64,000 nt of DNA from Macrostomum lignano. Its lineage: Eukaryota. Under the pieces are notes generated by a model that worked only from the letters and a program-made list of their open reading frames with translations, was not told the DNA's origin and did not search any database. This document shows, piece by piece, positions 1 through 24,458 of this stretch; positions within the stretch are counted from its first letter, which is position 1; each line of letters begins with the position of its first letter. Where the stretch lies: contig NIVC01002351.1 in NCBI GenBank assembly GCA_002269645.1, forward strand, positions 62,001 to 126,000, written 5' to 3'. The position numbers and the translations under genes are program-made.

Positions 1-20
1 TGATCAATAAGTAGAACCGG

Positions 21-1346
21 CTTAGAGATCTAACAAAGGTATCTAGATCTCTCAGAGGTAACTAGATCTCTCAGAGGTAACTAGATCTCTCAGAGGTAAC
101 TAGATCTCTCAGAGGTAACTAGATCTCTCAGAGGTAACTAGATCTCTCAGAGGTAACTAGATCTCTCAGAGGTAACTAGATCTATCAGAGGTATCTTGAT
201 CTCTCAGAGGTATCTTGATCTCTCAGAGGTATCTAGATCTATCAGAGGTAACTAGATCTATCAGAGGTAACTAGATCTATCAGAGGTATCTAGATCTATC
301 AGAGGTAACTAGATCTATCAGAGGTAACTAGATCTATCAGAGGTAACTAGATCTCTCAGAGGTAACTAGATCTCTCAGAGGTAACTAGATCTCTCAGAGG
401 TAACTAGATCTCTCAGAGGTAACTAGATCTCTCAGAGGTAACTAGATCTCTCAGAGGTAACTAGATCTATCAGAGGTATCTAGATCTATCAGAGGTAACT
501 AGATCTCTCAGAGGTAACTAGATCTCTCAGAGGTAACTAGATCTCTCAGAGGTAACTAGATCTCTCAGAGGTAACTAGATCTCTCAGAGGTAACTAGATC
601 TATCAGAGGTATCTAGATCTATCAGAGGTAACTAGATCTCTCAGAGGTAACTAGATCTCTCAGAGGTAACTACGAGCTAGATCTCTCAGAGGTAACTAGA
701 TCTCTCAGAGGTAACTAGATCTCTCAGAGGTATCTTGATCTCTCAAAGGTAACTAGATCTCTCAGAGGTATCTAGATCTCTAAGAGGTGTCTCGATCTCT
801 CAGAGGTATCTTGATCTCTCAGAGGTAACTAGATCTCTCAGAGATCTCGATTCTCAGAGGTATCTAGATCTATCAGAGGTATCTAGATTTATAAGAGGTA
901 ACTAGATCTATCAGAGGTAACTAGATCTCTCAAAGGTAACTAGATCTATCAGAGGTATCTAGATCTCTCAGAGGTGTCTCGATCTCTCAGAGGTAACTAG
1001 ATCTAACAAAGGTATCTTGATCTCTCAGAGGTAACTAGATCTCTCAGAGGTATCTAGATCTCTCAGAGGTAACTAGATCTCTCGGAGGTATCTCGATCTC
1101 TCAGAGGTATCTAGATCTATCAGAGGTAACTAGATCTATCAGAGGTAACTAGATCTATCAGAGGTAACTAGATCTCTCAGAGGTAACTAGATCTATCAGA
1201 GGTATCTAAATCTTTCAGAGGTATCTAGATCTCTCAGAAGTAACTAGATCTATCAGAGGTATCTCGATCTATCAGAGGAATCTAGATCTCCCAAAGGTAT
1301 CTAGATCTCCCAGAGGTATCTAGATCTATCAGAGGTATCTAGATCT
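21..1346. repeat. 19-bp minisatellite (CTAGATCTCTCAGAGGTAA)n
   Basis: Period of 19 read directly (unit starts at 61, 80, 99...). Variants GGTATC/GGTAAC and CTCT/CTAT. The unit contains AGATCT and the near-palindrome CTCT-C-AGAG. Confidence 0.97.
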
Positions 1347-1895
1347 GTAGCATAAGGTGTATAACCGATATCTGAGTTGCCTCAGGATTTTCCAGCGAAG
1401 TTACCGAGTCACAAGAGGTCACAGGGGCATATGCACGCACAAGTATAGCAGGTCATGCTCGAAAATGCCCTTAACCCCTGAAAGCGTTTATCTATCACGC
1501 AAGCAATCCGAATAGAGGGTCAGCGCTACTCGCTACAATTAATTAACGACGCACTGGCCAAAAACTGAGCAGGTGTTCCGGGAGCAGCTTAGCGGCAGGG
1601 GGAATGCAATATAGATTCCTCTCTCCACGGGATCGGGGATGGAGAGATCACTTCCTTTTCATTTTTCTCTATTGCTTTTACTTTCTTGCATTGCAAAAAT
1701 TGCTTTTCATAGTCTTTTGGCACGATATCTGGTGGGGCTACTAAATCCAGTGCGTGACCACAAATCTGAGGCGGTTACGTAATAAGCTTTTGAATTTTGC
1801 ACAATGAGGCTTGCGCGGCTCAAGTGATTGTTGCGTCCTCTGCTCCTTGTGGCAACTTTTCTGATGCTGGTGACTTCCCTCATAGCCGGTGAATG

Positions 1896-2550
1896 CTCAT
1901 TCTCATTCTCATTCTCATTCTCCTTCTCCTTCTCACTCTCATTCTCATTCTCACTCTCATTCTCATTCTCATTCTCCTTCTCACTCTCACTCTCATTCTC
2001 ATTCTCATTCTCATTCTCCTTCTCATTCTCATTCTCATTCTCACTTTCATTCTCATTCTCATTCTCATTCTCATTCTTATTCTCATTCTCATTCTCATTC
2101 TCACTGTTATTCTCATCCTCATTCGCATTCTCATTCTCATTCTCCTTCTCACTCTCATTCTCATTCTCACTCTCATTCTCATTCTCATTCTCATTCTCAT
2201 TCTCATTCTCATTATTATTCTCATTATCATTTTCATTCTCATTCGCATTCTGATTCTGATTCTCATTCTCATTCTCATTCTTATTCTCATTCTCATTCTC
2301 AATCTCATTCTTATTCCCATTCTCATTCTCATTCTCATTCTCACTGTTATTCTCATCCTCATTCGCATTCTCATTCTCATTCTCACTCTCATTCTCATTC
2401 TCATTCTCATTCTCATTCTCATTCTCATTCTCACTCTCATTCTCATTCTCACTTTCATTCTCATTCTCATTCTCATTCTCATTCTCTTTCTCATTCTCAT
2501 TCTCATTCTCAATGTCATTGTCATTGTCATTCTCACTCTCATTCTCATTC
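1896..2550. repeat. (ATTCTC)n hexamer microsatellite
   Basis: Direct reading. It explains the spurious (EN)n, (MR)n, (HS)n and (IL)n ORFs. Confidence 0.97.
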
Positions 2551-3025
2551 TTTCTGAAGAATTTTTCCATGAAGATGTCATGGAGAGCGGTCTTCACTCG
2601 TGGAGACTCAAAACTTCCTGAGCTGGGTGAGTGGTCTCAGAGCGGCCAGAGGACCCCTATGCTTTGTTCAATTTTTATTACCATTCCGGTCTCCCCTACC
2701 CCTTGCCCAGATCGATGGGCCCTCGTCGGTCCGCAGCCATTTTGCTGAGCACAGCTCACTCTAATCAAACCGAGCATTAACCAGTCAGGTGTGAACAGAC
2801 AGAAATATGAGACCGGCTGTGATAGCTGGGCTAAGATGGCTGAGAGTATATTAATAGAAGCGGGGGCTATTAACATCACTTTAATAAGCAGTTGATCGAT
2901 AAAACTTCAACCGAAGCGGAAAGCACGAAAGTACGAGCCATGCCAATGCGGCTTCCGTTAGCGATTGTAAGGGGCACTATTCGTATCTAAAGGGCCTAAT
3001 CAGAATCGAAGCGCAGATGACTCAC

Positions 3026-13040
<10,015 letters not shown>

Positions 13041-13139
13041 CGGGTTGCGGAAAGCAGCTTTGAGTCCGGATAGAATTAGATGGAGCGGCTCTGCGCGATT
13101 CAAAGAGACTGTTTGAGCTGTTGAAATCCGGCGACGGCT

Positions 13140-13215
13140 GGGCGGCGAGTTTTGGCAGAAATTTCCATTAGCATGCCGGGCCATTTTGATTGGCTGACGG
13201 AGCCAGCCAATGGCG
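13140..13215 (-). promoter_or_regulatory. candidate core promoter of the Ig-domain gene: GC box and two opposed CCAAT boxes
   Basis: GGGCGG at 13140-13145, ATTGG at 13189-13193 and CCAAT at 13207-13211, 100-170 bp upstream of the ATG at 13040. Confidence 0.4.
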
Positions 13216-13275
13216 AGAGCCGGGCGAGAGTGGAAGCCAACTTGACAGGATTGACTGCTGGCGATCGGCAAGCCC

Positions 13276-13787
<512 letters not shown>

Positions 13788-14102
13788 TTCGTCTAAATAA
13801 ACAGGGACCCTCAAATTTTCTCGCAACTCAGCCACTCATCTCGTGTTCGTTAATTTATTCAGTCAGAGAATTTGCCGCCCCGTGAAATGATTTACGGATG
13901 TTTGGGTAGCAGCACTTCGATCTGCTGAAGGATTAAACCTACTGAAAGGTGAACCAGCTTGAAGACGAATTCTAATCCTTTTCCCATTTTCTGATTTCAT
14001 CGATTTATGAGCCTGATTGAGTTTCTTCACTAAAAGTCATAATTTCTTGGATTTCGGGAGACTGAAATTTTGTGAAATTAAAAATTTGAAGCTCTTCATT
14101 GT

Positions 14103-14596
14103 GATTTGGGATTCCAATGTCGGGACTCTGGATTTTCATGTCGGGATTTGAGACTCTAATGTCGGGACTTGGAATTCCAATGTCGGGACTTGGGATTTCA
14201 ATGTCGGGACTTGGCATTCCAATGTCGGGACTTGTGATTCTAATATCGGGAATTGGGATTCTAATCTCGGGAATTGGGATTCTAATTTCGGGAATTGGGA
14301 TTCTAATCTCGGGAATTGGGATTCTAATTTCGGGAATTGGGATTCTAATCTGGTGAATTAGGATTATAATCTCGGGACTTTGGATTCTAATTTCGGGAAT
14401 TGTGATTCCAATGTCGGGACTTGGGATTCTAATGTCAGGACTTGGGATTCTAATGTCAGGACTTGGGATTCTAATCTCGGGAATTGGGATTCTAATGTCA
14501 GGACTTGGGATTCTAATGTCAGGACTTGGGATTCTAATCTCGGGAATTGGGATTCTAATGTCAGGACTTGGGATTCCGATGTCGGGGCTTGGGATT
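14103..14596. repeat. 21-bp minisatellite (GGGATTCTAATGTCGGGACTT)n
   Basis: 7-aa periodicity (MSGLGIL) of the artefact ORFs; direct reading. Confidence 0.93.
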
Positions 14597-15167
14597 TTTT
14601 GCAGAGATGTAAATTTAACTATTCAATGCTGATTTATGAATCGTGGACGGAAATTACGATACTCGAAAAAGTAATTAGCTAAAATATTTGAGCTTCACAT
14701 TTCCTGTCAAGGATCTCATTATTCGATTGCATCAAAAACGAACCCAGAAATGTCCACGCATTCCTTCGATCCTGCATCATCAGCCCTGGGTGGTCTCATC
14801 AAACTCCAAGCGCGTGATCAAACACGAGCCAGAAAAGCCAACAACCTCATTTTCCGCTGAGCACACAGGAACCAGGATCCCAGCAGCTCAAATCTCCCAA
14901 AGGGTGTTTGAACAACAGTCTGCGGCCTCATTGTCTTCCCAAATCGGTGTTTGGTTAGGGACCCCCGCTGTGAGCCCTGCCGGAGCAGGATTGTTTGTTT
15001 GAACTCCTTTTTTAGGACTGTTTTCAGCAGGGTCAACTGAAATGGCGTTCATTGTCTTTGATTGACCGGGGTTCGCGTCATGGGTGGCTTGGATCCACAG
15101 CAGATGAAATTGTAGATAGCAATAGAGTAAATGGCTAATTATTTGCCAAACTGGCACGCATACTTTC

Positions 15168-18100
15168 AGAAATGGCACTCATAATTTCAGAAATGGCACT
15201 CATAATTTCAGAAATGGCACTCATAATTTTTCAGAATTGGCACTTATAATTTCAGAAATGGCACTCATTATTTCAGAAATGGCACTCATAATTTTTCAGA
15301 ATTAGCACTCATAATTTCAGAAATGGCACTCATAATTTCAGAAATGGCACTCATAATTTCAGAAATGGCACTCATAATTTCAGAAATGGCACTCATAATT
15401 TCAGAAATGGCACTTATAATTTTTCAGAATTGGCACTTATAATTTCAGAAATGGCACTCATTATTTCAGAAATGGCACTCATAATTTTTCAGAATTAGCA
15501 CTTATAATTTCAGAAATGGCACTTGTAATTTCAGAAATGGCACATACTTTTTCAGAAATGGCACACATACTTTCTCAAAAATGGCACTCATACTTTCAGA
15601 AATGACACACATACTTTCTCAGAAATGGCACTCATACTTTCAGAAATGACACACATACTTTCTCAGAAATGGCACTCATACTTTCAGAAATGACACACAT
15701 ACTTTCTCAGAAATGGCACTCATAATTTCAGAAATGGCACTTATACTTTCAGAAATGGCACTCATAATTTCAGAAATGGCACTCATACTTTCAGAAATGG
15801 CACTCATAATTTCAGAAATGGCACTCATACTTTCAGAAATGGCACACATACTTTCTCAGAAATGGCACTCATACTTTCAGAAATGACACACATACTTTCT
15901 CAGAAAAGGCACTCATACTTTCAGAAATGGCACTCATAATTTCAGAAATGGCACTTATACTTTTAGAAATGGCACTCATACTTTCAGAAATAGCCCTCAT
16001 ACTTTCAGAAATGACACACATACTTTCTCAGAAATGGCACTCATACTTTCAGAAATGGCACTCATAATTTTAGAAATGGCACTCATACTTTCAGAAATGG
16101 CACACACTTTCTCAGAAATGGCACTCATACTTTCAGAAATGACACACATACTTTCTCAGAAATGGCACTCATACTTTCAGAAATGGCACTCATAATTTCA
16201 GAAATGGCACTTATACTTTTAGAAATGGCACACATACTTTCTCAGAAATGGCACTCATACTTTCAGAAATGGCACTCATAATTTTAGAAATGGCACTCAT
16301 ACTTTCAGAAATGGCACACACTTTCTCAGAAATGGCACTCATACTTTCAGAAATGGTACACATACTTTCTCAGAAATGGCACTCATACTTTCAGAAATGG
16401 CACTCATACTTTCAGAAATGGCACTCATACTTTCAGAAATGGCACTCATAATTTCAGAAATGGCACTTATACTTTCAGAAATGGCACACATACTTTCTCA
16501 GAAATGGCACTCATACTTTCAGAAATGGCACACATACTTTCACAGAAATGGCACTCATACTTTCAGAAATGGCACTCATAATTTCAGAAATGGCACTTAT
16601 ACTTTTAGAAATGGCACTATAATTTCAGAAATAGCACTCATACTTTCAGAAATGGCACACATACTTTCTCAGAAATGGCACTCATACTTTCAGAAATGGC
16701 ACTCATACTTTCAGAAATGGCACTTATACTTTCAGAAATGGCACACATACTTTCTCAGAAATGAGACACATACTTTCTCAGAAATGGCACTCATACTTTC
16801 AGAAATGGCACACATACTTTCTCAGAAATGGCACTCATACTTTCAGAAATGGCACACACTTTCTCAGAAATGGCACTCATACTTTCAGAAATGGCACACA
16901 CTTTCTCAGAAATGGCACTCATACTTTCAGAAATGGCACACATACTTTCTCAGAAATGGCACTCATAATTTCAGAAATGGCACTCATAATTTCAGAAATG
17001 GCACACATACTTTCAGAAATGGCACACATACTTTCTCAGAAATGGCACTCATACTTTCAGAAATGGCACACATACTTTCAGAAATGGCACACATACTTTC
17101 TCAGAAATGGCACTCATACTTTCAGAAATGGCACACATACTTTCTCAGAAATGGCACTCATACTTTCAGAAATGGCACACATACTTTCTCAGAAATGGCA
17201 CTCATACTTTCAGAAATGGCACACATACTTTCTCAGAAATGGCACTCATACTTTCAGAAATGGCACACATACTTTCTCAGAAATGGCACTCATACTTTCA
17301 GAAATGGCACACATACTTTCTCAGAAATGGCTCTCATACTTTCAGAAATGGCACAATACTTTCTCAGAAATGGCACTCATACTTTCAGAAATGGCACACA
17401 TACTTTCTCAGAAATGGCACTCATACTTTCAGAAATGGCACTCATAATTTCAGAAATAGCACTCATACTTTCAGAAATGGCACACATACTTTCTCAGAAA
17501 TGGCACTCATACTTTCAGAAATGACACACATACTTTCTCAGAAATGGCACTCATACTTTAAGAAATGGCACTCATAATTTCAGAAATGGCACTTATACTT
17601 TTAGAAATGGCACTATAATTTCAGAAATAGCACTCATACTTTCAGAAATGACACACATACTTTCTCAGAAATGGCACTCATACTTTCAGAAATGGCACTC
17701 ATAATTTTAGAAATGGCACTCATACTTTCAGAAATGGCACACACTTTCTCAGAAATGGCACTCATACTTTCAGAAATGGCACACATACTTTTTCAGAAAT
17801 GGCACTCATACTTTCAGAAATGGCACTCATAATTTCAGAAATAGCACTCATACTTTCAGAAATGACACACATACTTTCTCAGAAATGGCACTCATACTTT
17901 CAGAAATGGCACTCATAATTTTAGAAATGGCACTCATACTTTCAGAAATGGCACACACTTTCTCAGAAATGGCACTCATACTTTCAGAAATGGCACACAT
18001 ACTTTTTCAGAAATGGCACTCATACTTTCAGAAATGGCACTCATACTTTCAGAAATGGCACACATACTTTCAGAAATGGCACTCATAATTTCAGAAATGG

Positions 18101-19217
18101 CACTTATACTTTCAGAAATGGCACACATACTTTCTCAGAAATGGCACTCATACTTTCAGAAATGGCACTCATACTTTCAGAAATGGCACTTATACTTTCA
18201 GAAATGGCACTCATACTTTCAGAAATGGCACTCATACTTTCAGAAATGGCACACATACTTTCTCAGAAATGGCACTCATAATTTCAGAAATGGCACTCAT
18301 ACTTTCAGAAATGGCACTTATACTTTCAGAAATGGCACACATACTTTCTCAGAAATGGCAATCATACTTTCAGAAATGGCACACATACTTTCTCAGAAAT
18401 GGCACTCATACTTTCAGAAATGGCACACATACTTTCACAGAAATGGCACTCATATTTTCAGAAATGGCACACACTTTCTCAGAAATGGCACTCATACTTT
18501 CAGAAATGGCACACATACTTTCTCAGAAATGGCACTCATACTTTCAGAAATGGTACACATACTTTCTCAGAAATGGCACTCATACTTTCAGAAATGGCAC
18601 ACATACTTTCTCAGAAATGGCACTCATACTTTCAGAAATGGCACTCATAATTTCAGAAATGGCACTCATACTTTCAGAAATGGCACACATACTTTCTCAG
18701 AAATGGCACTCATACTTTCAGAAATGGCACTCATAATTTTAGAAATGGCACTCATACTTTCAGAAATGGCACACACTTTCTCAGAAATGGCACTCATACT
18801 TTCAGAAATGGCACACATACTTTTTTCAGAAATGGCACTCATACTTTCAGAAATGGCACTCATACTTTCAGAAATGGCACTCATACTTTCAGAAATGGCA
18901 CTTATACTTTCAGAAATGGCACACATACTTTCTCAGAAATGGCACTCATACTTTCAGAAATGGCACACATACTTTCACAGAAATGGCACTCATACTTTCA
19001 GAAATGGCACACATACTTTCTCAGAAATGGCACTCATAATTTCAGAAATGGCACTCATAATTTCAGAAATGGCTTTTATACTTTCAGAAATGGCACACAT
19101 ACTTTCTCAGAAATGGCACTCATACTTTCAGAAATGGCACACATACTTTCTCAGAAATGGCACTCATACTTTCAGAAATGGCACACATACTTTCTCAGAA
19201 ATGGCACTCATACTTTC
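15168..19217. repeat. 4-kb array of 21/23-bp units (CAGAAATGGCACTCATACTTT / CAGAAATGGCACACATACTTTCT)
   Basis: Direct reading; near-invariant CAGAAATGGCAC core. Confidence 0.98.
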
Positions 19218-20337
19218 CATAATCAATCATACCACGTACATGTACACAGCAGATGAGACTGACACGCATAAATGCTCGATTTCCACATTGTCGCTCTCAC
19301 TCAGTCTTGCCTGTGCTCACTCAGACAGCTGGCCCAGTTAATCCTGTCTCATCCTCGCATCCACCTGCAGCCGCCCTACTTGCCTCGAAACCGCCCCCTC
19401 ACAGAGGCAGAGCAGAGTGACAGAAGATAAGCATATTTCTCTCAGTGACTGCATCTCTGAACAGCTAGTTAGTTATTAATCGGCTTGCAAATTCTATCTT
19501 GCTCGCAGCATTAACCGCTCCGCTGATGAAGTGTAATTACTCGCTAATGCCTGCACAACTCGGACTGAAGAGAGAGAGAGTGTGTGAGTCAGTAACAAGA
19601 GACATTTAGAGCTCCGATTATTAAGCACAGGTAAGTCATTCTGGTGTGAAGATTAATGGAACTTCCGTGATTACATTAAGTAGCTGAATATTGATTTACT
19701 AATGAACTTGTCACGGAATGGTAGAACAATGCCAATTCCGCCGAGCAGAAGTTTTCCAGTTTTCCATACGGCGGAACTTCTGGACCTTCAACTGGTGACT
19801 TCAGGCTACTTCGAGCACCCAGTTGGAAGCAGCTTACTAAAAATAGGGTTCCTTCTGTTAATTTACAACCTTAGCCCGCTTGATTGACAAGTTGGGCAAC
19901 CTGTCATTGTTAAACAATAGGCTGGGATGCCGCAATATTGCATTAAAGCCCTGCACTTGCTGGTCAAGCTTCACCCACTGATTGCCTGACTAGCGCAAAC
20001 TTTATCAGTCTGCAGTAAGGCTTGAGAGCCTAATGGAGGGATTGCAAAAGTGCAAAGTAATTATTTAGTGTAGCAGTATGGGCTGGAGCAGAGTTAACTA
20101 CAATTTCTGTCTGCCAATTATAGTCAATAAAGCTACTTAATGGAGCAGAGAGTTGATTAATCATAGTACGCATGCTTGCACACTACTTACTGTAAGTAGC
20201 AATAGGTGAATGTGCAGTTTCTTGGAAATCAATCTTTCGCCAGCCTCGTGATGATCCCGTGTAAAAACACCTTGACCTATCTTTAACGATATTTTCAGTT
20301 TCTACAAAGAAAACAAAACAATTTGATAACATTTAGA

Positions 20338-21288
20338 AGATTGAGCATTGAGAATCACACCTGAATAGATTGAGAATCACAACTAAATAGATTGAGAATC
20401 ACACCTGAATAGATTGAGAATCACACCTGAATAGATTGAGAATCACACCTGAACAGATTGAGAATCACACCTGGATAGATTGAGAATCACACCTAGATAG
20501 ATTGAGAATCACACCTGAACAGATTGAGAATCACACCTAGATAGATTGAGAATCACACCTGAACAGATTGAGAATCACACCTAGATAGATTGAGAATCAC
20601 ACCTGGATGGATTGAGAATCACACCTGGATAGATTGAGAATCATACCTGGATGGATTGAGAATCACACCTGGATGGATTGAGAATCACATCTGAATAGAT
20701 TGAGAATCACACCTTAATATATTGAGAATCACATCTGAGTAGGTTAAGAATCGCACCTGAGTAAGTTGAGAATCACACCTGAGTAGGTTGAGAATCACAC
20801 CTCAATAGATTGAGAATCACACCTGAGTAGGTTAAGAATCACACCTCAATAGATTGAGAATCACACCTGAGTAGGTTGAGAATCACACCTGAGTAGGTTG
20901 AGAATCACACCCCAATAGATTGAGAATCACACCTGAGTAAGGTTAAGAATCACACCTCAATAGATTGAGAATCACACCTGAGTAGGTTAAGAATCACACC
21001 TCAATAGATTGAGAATCACACCTGAGTAGGTTAAGAATCACACCTCAATAGATTGAGAATCACACCTGAGTAGGTTGAGAATCACACCTGAGTAAGGTTA
21101 AGAATCACACCTCAATAGATTGAGAATCACACCTGAGTAGGTTAAGAATCACACCTGAGTAGGTTGAGAATCACACCTGAGTAGGTTGAGAATCACACCT
21201 GAGTAGGTTGAGAATCACACCTGAGTAGGTTAAGAATCACACCTCAATAGATTGAGAATCACACCTGAGTAAGGTTGAGAATCACTCG
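20338..21288. repeat. 22-bp minisatellite (GAGAATCACACCTGAATAGATT)n
   Basis: Direct reading; variants drift along the array. Confidence 0.96.
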
Positions 21289-21799
21289 AGAACCTAATAA
21301 AAGCCTCACGTAAACTTTCCAGCCTAGCAGCGGCCTCAGAAGTTAATTAACTCTGACTTGTTCAGCTTTTTAAGCTACACAAATCCACATCCTTGGCAAG
21401 CAGCCATAATTTTTCTCTGCCCCGCCTTTCTCTTCATTCCTCAGCTAAATCCGCTCGATACAGAAGCCGGTAGATCACACTAAAGGTGTAGCTCAGGTAA
21501 AAATTCTAACCCGGATCAACCCTCCCTTATCTTGTGGGCCACTGCCCCCTCTGACAGCAAAGGCCAAAAAAGCATTAATGAGCAGGAGGGCCATTGTGGG
21601 TACAAACCCGCATTAGTGCTTCATTGTGTCAAGCCAGGGAATACTCTACATATGGAAGTGACACTCCCCAATGGGGGCGGACCAACCCGGGCCAACTCGT
21701 CCCCAAAACCCACCCAGATGAGAGTGGAAAGGTGAGGGAATGGGGGGAGAGAGAAGAATAAAGAGGAGATGAGACATCGATGAGAGGAGAAAAAAAAGG

Positions 21800-22130
21800 A
21801 GAGAAATGAGAGAGACAGAAGAGAAGATCGATGAAAGGAGAAAAGAAAGGAGAGAAATAAAAGAGAAAAGAGAGAAGATCGATGAAAGGAGAAAAGAAAG
21901 GAGAGAAATAAAAGAGAAAAGAGAGAAGATCGATGAAAGGAGAAAAGAAAGGAGAGAAATAAAAGAGAAAAGAGAGAAGATCGATGAAAGGAGAAAAGAA
22001 AGGAGAGAAATAAAAGAGAAAAGAGAGAAGATCGATGAAAGGAGAAAAGAAAGGAGAGAAATAAAAGAGAAAAGAGAGAAGATCGATGAGAGGAGAAAAG
22101 AAAGGAGAGAAGACAGAAGATAAGAAAAGT
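21800..22130. repeat. 51-bp purine-rich tandem repeat (about 6 units) inside the P element
   Basis: GATCGATG recurs at 21826, 21877, 21928, 21979, 22030 and 22081. Confidence 0.93.
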
Positions 22131-22199
22131 GAGGAGATGAAAGAATAGAGGTGATAAGAAAGGTGAGGAGAGGAGAGAGGAGAGGAGAGAACTTAGAAG

Positions 22200-22930
22200 G
22201 GACAGCAACTTTGTGCGGGCCGAGCCGAATTGCCATTGAAGTTTGCCATTGCCATCAATTGCCATTGATAGAGAGGCTTCGTGGACGGAGTTTGCCGGCC
22301 TCTGATCTAAATTTTCAGTTGGGATTTCCAGTGCTGGAAAGTTGTTCTCGCTGACCAGAAACTGGCGATACCCATGACAGCGTTTACCAATGGACTTTGA
22401 CAGATATCCTGCGATGTAAAACATGACATTTAGGCTTTTTTTTCTGAGGATTCCTTACGTCGCAAGGCCAGGCAATGATATAAGAAATGGATAGAAGCGA
22501 CATCACTCTAGTCTTATTTTCATACTGAATAATCTGCTTCGATAGAGCACCTGACATCTGTCGATACCTTCCGAATTGCCTCTCAATGGGTTCCGAAAGA
22601 AACTTTCCGAGCAAAACATACTGAAAGTGCACCGTAGCAAATAGTCTTGAGCAAAGTTTCGGAATCGCAGAACATGTCTGAATGAAGCTACCGAAGGTTT
22701 CATTCGTCAAGCAGTTCTTGCCCGCTGCAGCTGCGCGCCACTTCTGTAGAAATTCGGCGAATGCTAGTAGGTGTTCAAGCTGCCAGAGTTCTCTTGTAAT
22801 CGGCGGGCATTCTGGCTTTTTTAGCTGCTGACCAGCGATAGGTGTTGGAACATTCAAAATGCTGATGCAGATTTTTGTTCAGAATGGCATGTAGCCGTCG
22901 CTGCAGCAATGAAGTCTCTTTTGAAAAGGA
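22200..22930 (-). pseudogene. degraded P-type transposase C-terminal fragment
   Basis: ORFs 22384-22857 and the start of 21621-22424 carry P-transposase motifs in different frames, with stops; no N-terminal THAP domain seen. Confidence 0.8.
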
Positions 22931-23604
22931 ATAAAAGCGAATTTTCTTCTCTGTCGGTGTGGATCGCATTCGCATAGCCGGAACCAGGAATTGCAGTCAA
23001 TAACACAGCAGGAAAATGGGATTTTTCGTTACTCGAAACTTTGTTGGAGTTTATATAAGAATCACAACTGAAAGGACAGGGAAAAGGCAGATGTACGTTT
23101 ATGGTTCATCCCCAGAGCGCCCACTATTGTATACAGGATGTACATTAAGTGTCTTTATTTTTGTTAAGTCAGTGTTTTCCTCTCCAACATTATTTTTTTC
23201 TCACTGTCCTCTCTGCCCCTGCTCTTCTGCTCCTTTCGAAATAAGGGAGTCGGGACAGAGTGGACAGTGTTTGAAACCCCCCTCCAAGCAAGAAGTAACA
23301 AAGCTTTTTTCAAGTCAGGCTTTTTCGTTCGAAAAAAACCTTGGCCTGGGTTGGTCCGCCCTGAGAGGCCTGAATCGGGGAGTGTCACTTCCATATGTAG
23401 AGTATTCCCTGGTCAAGCTCAAGTGCATCCCCTTCATTTCTATTCCCCTCCTCTCCAATTTTTGCTCCTCCCACTTCCCAGTGCAGCTGGTTCTCAACTC
23501 CGGTCGTGGATTTCTATTATAAAGTATCTGGAGTGAAAAGTTTCAGTTGGATTCTCTAATTGGATCTCAGCAGCTTCTTGACGTCACCACAGAGGTCAAT
23601 GCAG

Positions 23605-24458
23605 GGGGTGCTTTCACAAGGTCGAAATTTCACAACGTCGAAAAGTAAATTATTTCACAAGGTCGAAACTTCACAGGGTCGAAATTTCACAACATCGAAA
23701 ACTTTAGCAAGAGACTTCATAAGGTCGAAATTTCATAAGGTCGAAATTTCACAACATCGAAAACTCAAATAGCAGCCACTTTCACAAGGTCGAAACTTCA
23801 CAAGGTCGAAATTTCACAACATCGAAAAATCTAGCAAGAGATTTCATAAGGTCGAAATTTCACAACATCGAAAACTCAAATAGCAGCCACTTTCACAAGG
23901 TCGAAACTTCACAAGGTCGAAATTTCACAACATCGAAAAATCTAGCAAGAGATTTCACAAGGTCGAAACTTCACAAGGTCGAAACCTCACAACATCGAAA
24001 ACTCAAGTGCAGCCACTTTCACAAGGTCGAAACTTCATAAGCTCGAAATTTCACAAAGTCGAAAATTTTATCTATCAAGAACCATACGGTAGTTTTCTAC
24101 GTTGTGAAATTTCGACCTTATGAAATTTCGACCTTATGAAGTCTCTTGCTAAAGTTTTCGATGTTGTGAAATTTCGACCTTGTGAAGTTTCGACCTTGTG
24201 AAAGTGGCTGCTATTTGAGTTTTCGATGTTATGAAATTTCGACCTTGTGAAATTTCGACCTTGTGAAAGAAGGTGCTTTCGACGTTGTGAAATTTCGAGT
24301 TTGTGAGAAACCAAGTCGAGTTCGACTTGGTTTCGACCTTGTGAAAGTGGCTGCTATTTGAGTTTTCGATGTTATGAAATTTCGACCTTGTGAAATTTCG
24401 ACCTTGTGAAAGAAGGTGCTTTCGACGTTGTGAAATTTCGAGTTTGTGAAACCCCCCC
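23605..24458. mobile_element. non-autonomous foldback element with modular long inverted arms
   Basis: The left arm (about 23605-24065) is built of TTTCACAAGGTCGAAA modules and the right arm (about 24098-24458) is the reverse complement. G-rich termini. Flanking direct repeat CAATGCAG at 23597-23604 and 24459-24466 (8-bp TSD; could be read as 9 bp). Confidence 0.8.

Larger units (their letters stand above)
21635..23411 (-). mobile_element. internally deleted P-superfamily (THAP9/P-element-type) DNA transposon
   Basis: Perfect 35-bp TIRs CAGGGAATACTCTACATATGGAAGTGACACTCCCC (21635-21669 / 23377-23411). 20-bp subterminal inverted repeats with 19/20 identity (21676-21695 / 23341-23360). 7-bp TSD GTCAAGC (21628-21634 / 23412-23418). 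Minus-strand transposase remnants ILNVPTPIAGQQLKK...YVLLGKFLSEPIERQFGRYRQMSG and FYIAGYLSK match the C-terminal RNase H-like region of P transposases. Confidence 0.9.

Noticed and set aside
1828-1892. Signal-peptide-like LLRPLLLVATFLMLVTSLIAG on the plus strand
   Set aside because: An in-frame TGA lies immediately upstream, there is no suitable ATG, the donor is weak (GTGAAT) and no partner exon was found.
15168-19217. CRISPR-like appearance of constant core plus variable tail (also 43625-44206 and 46784-48939)
   Set aside because: The tails are recurring variants, not unique spacers; eukaryotic context and no cas genes.
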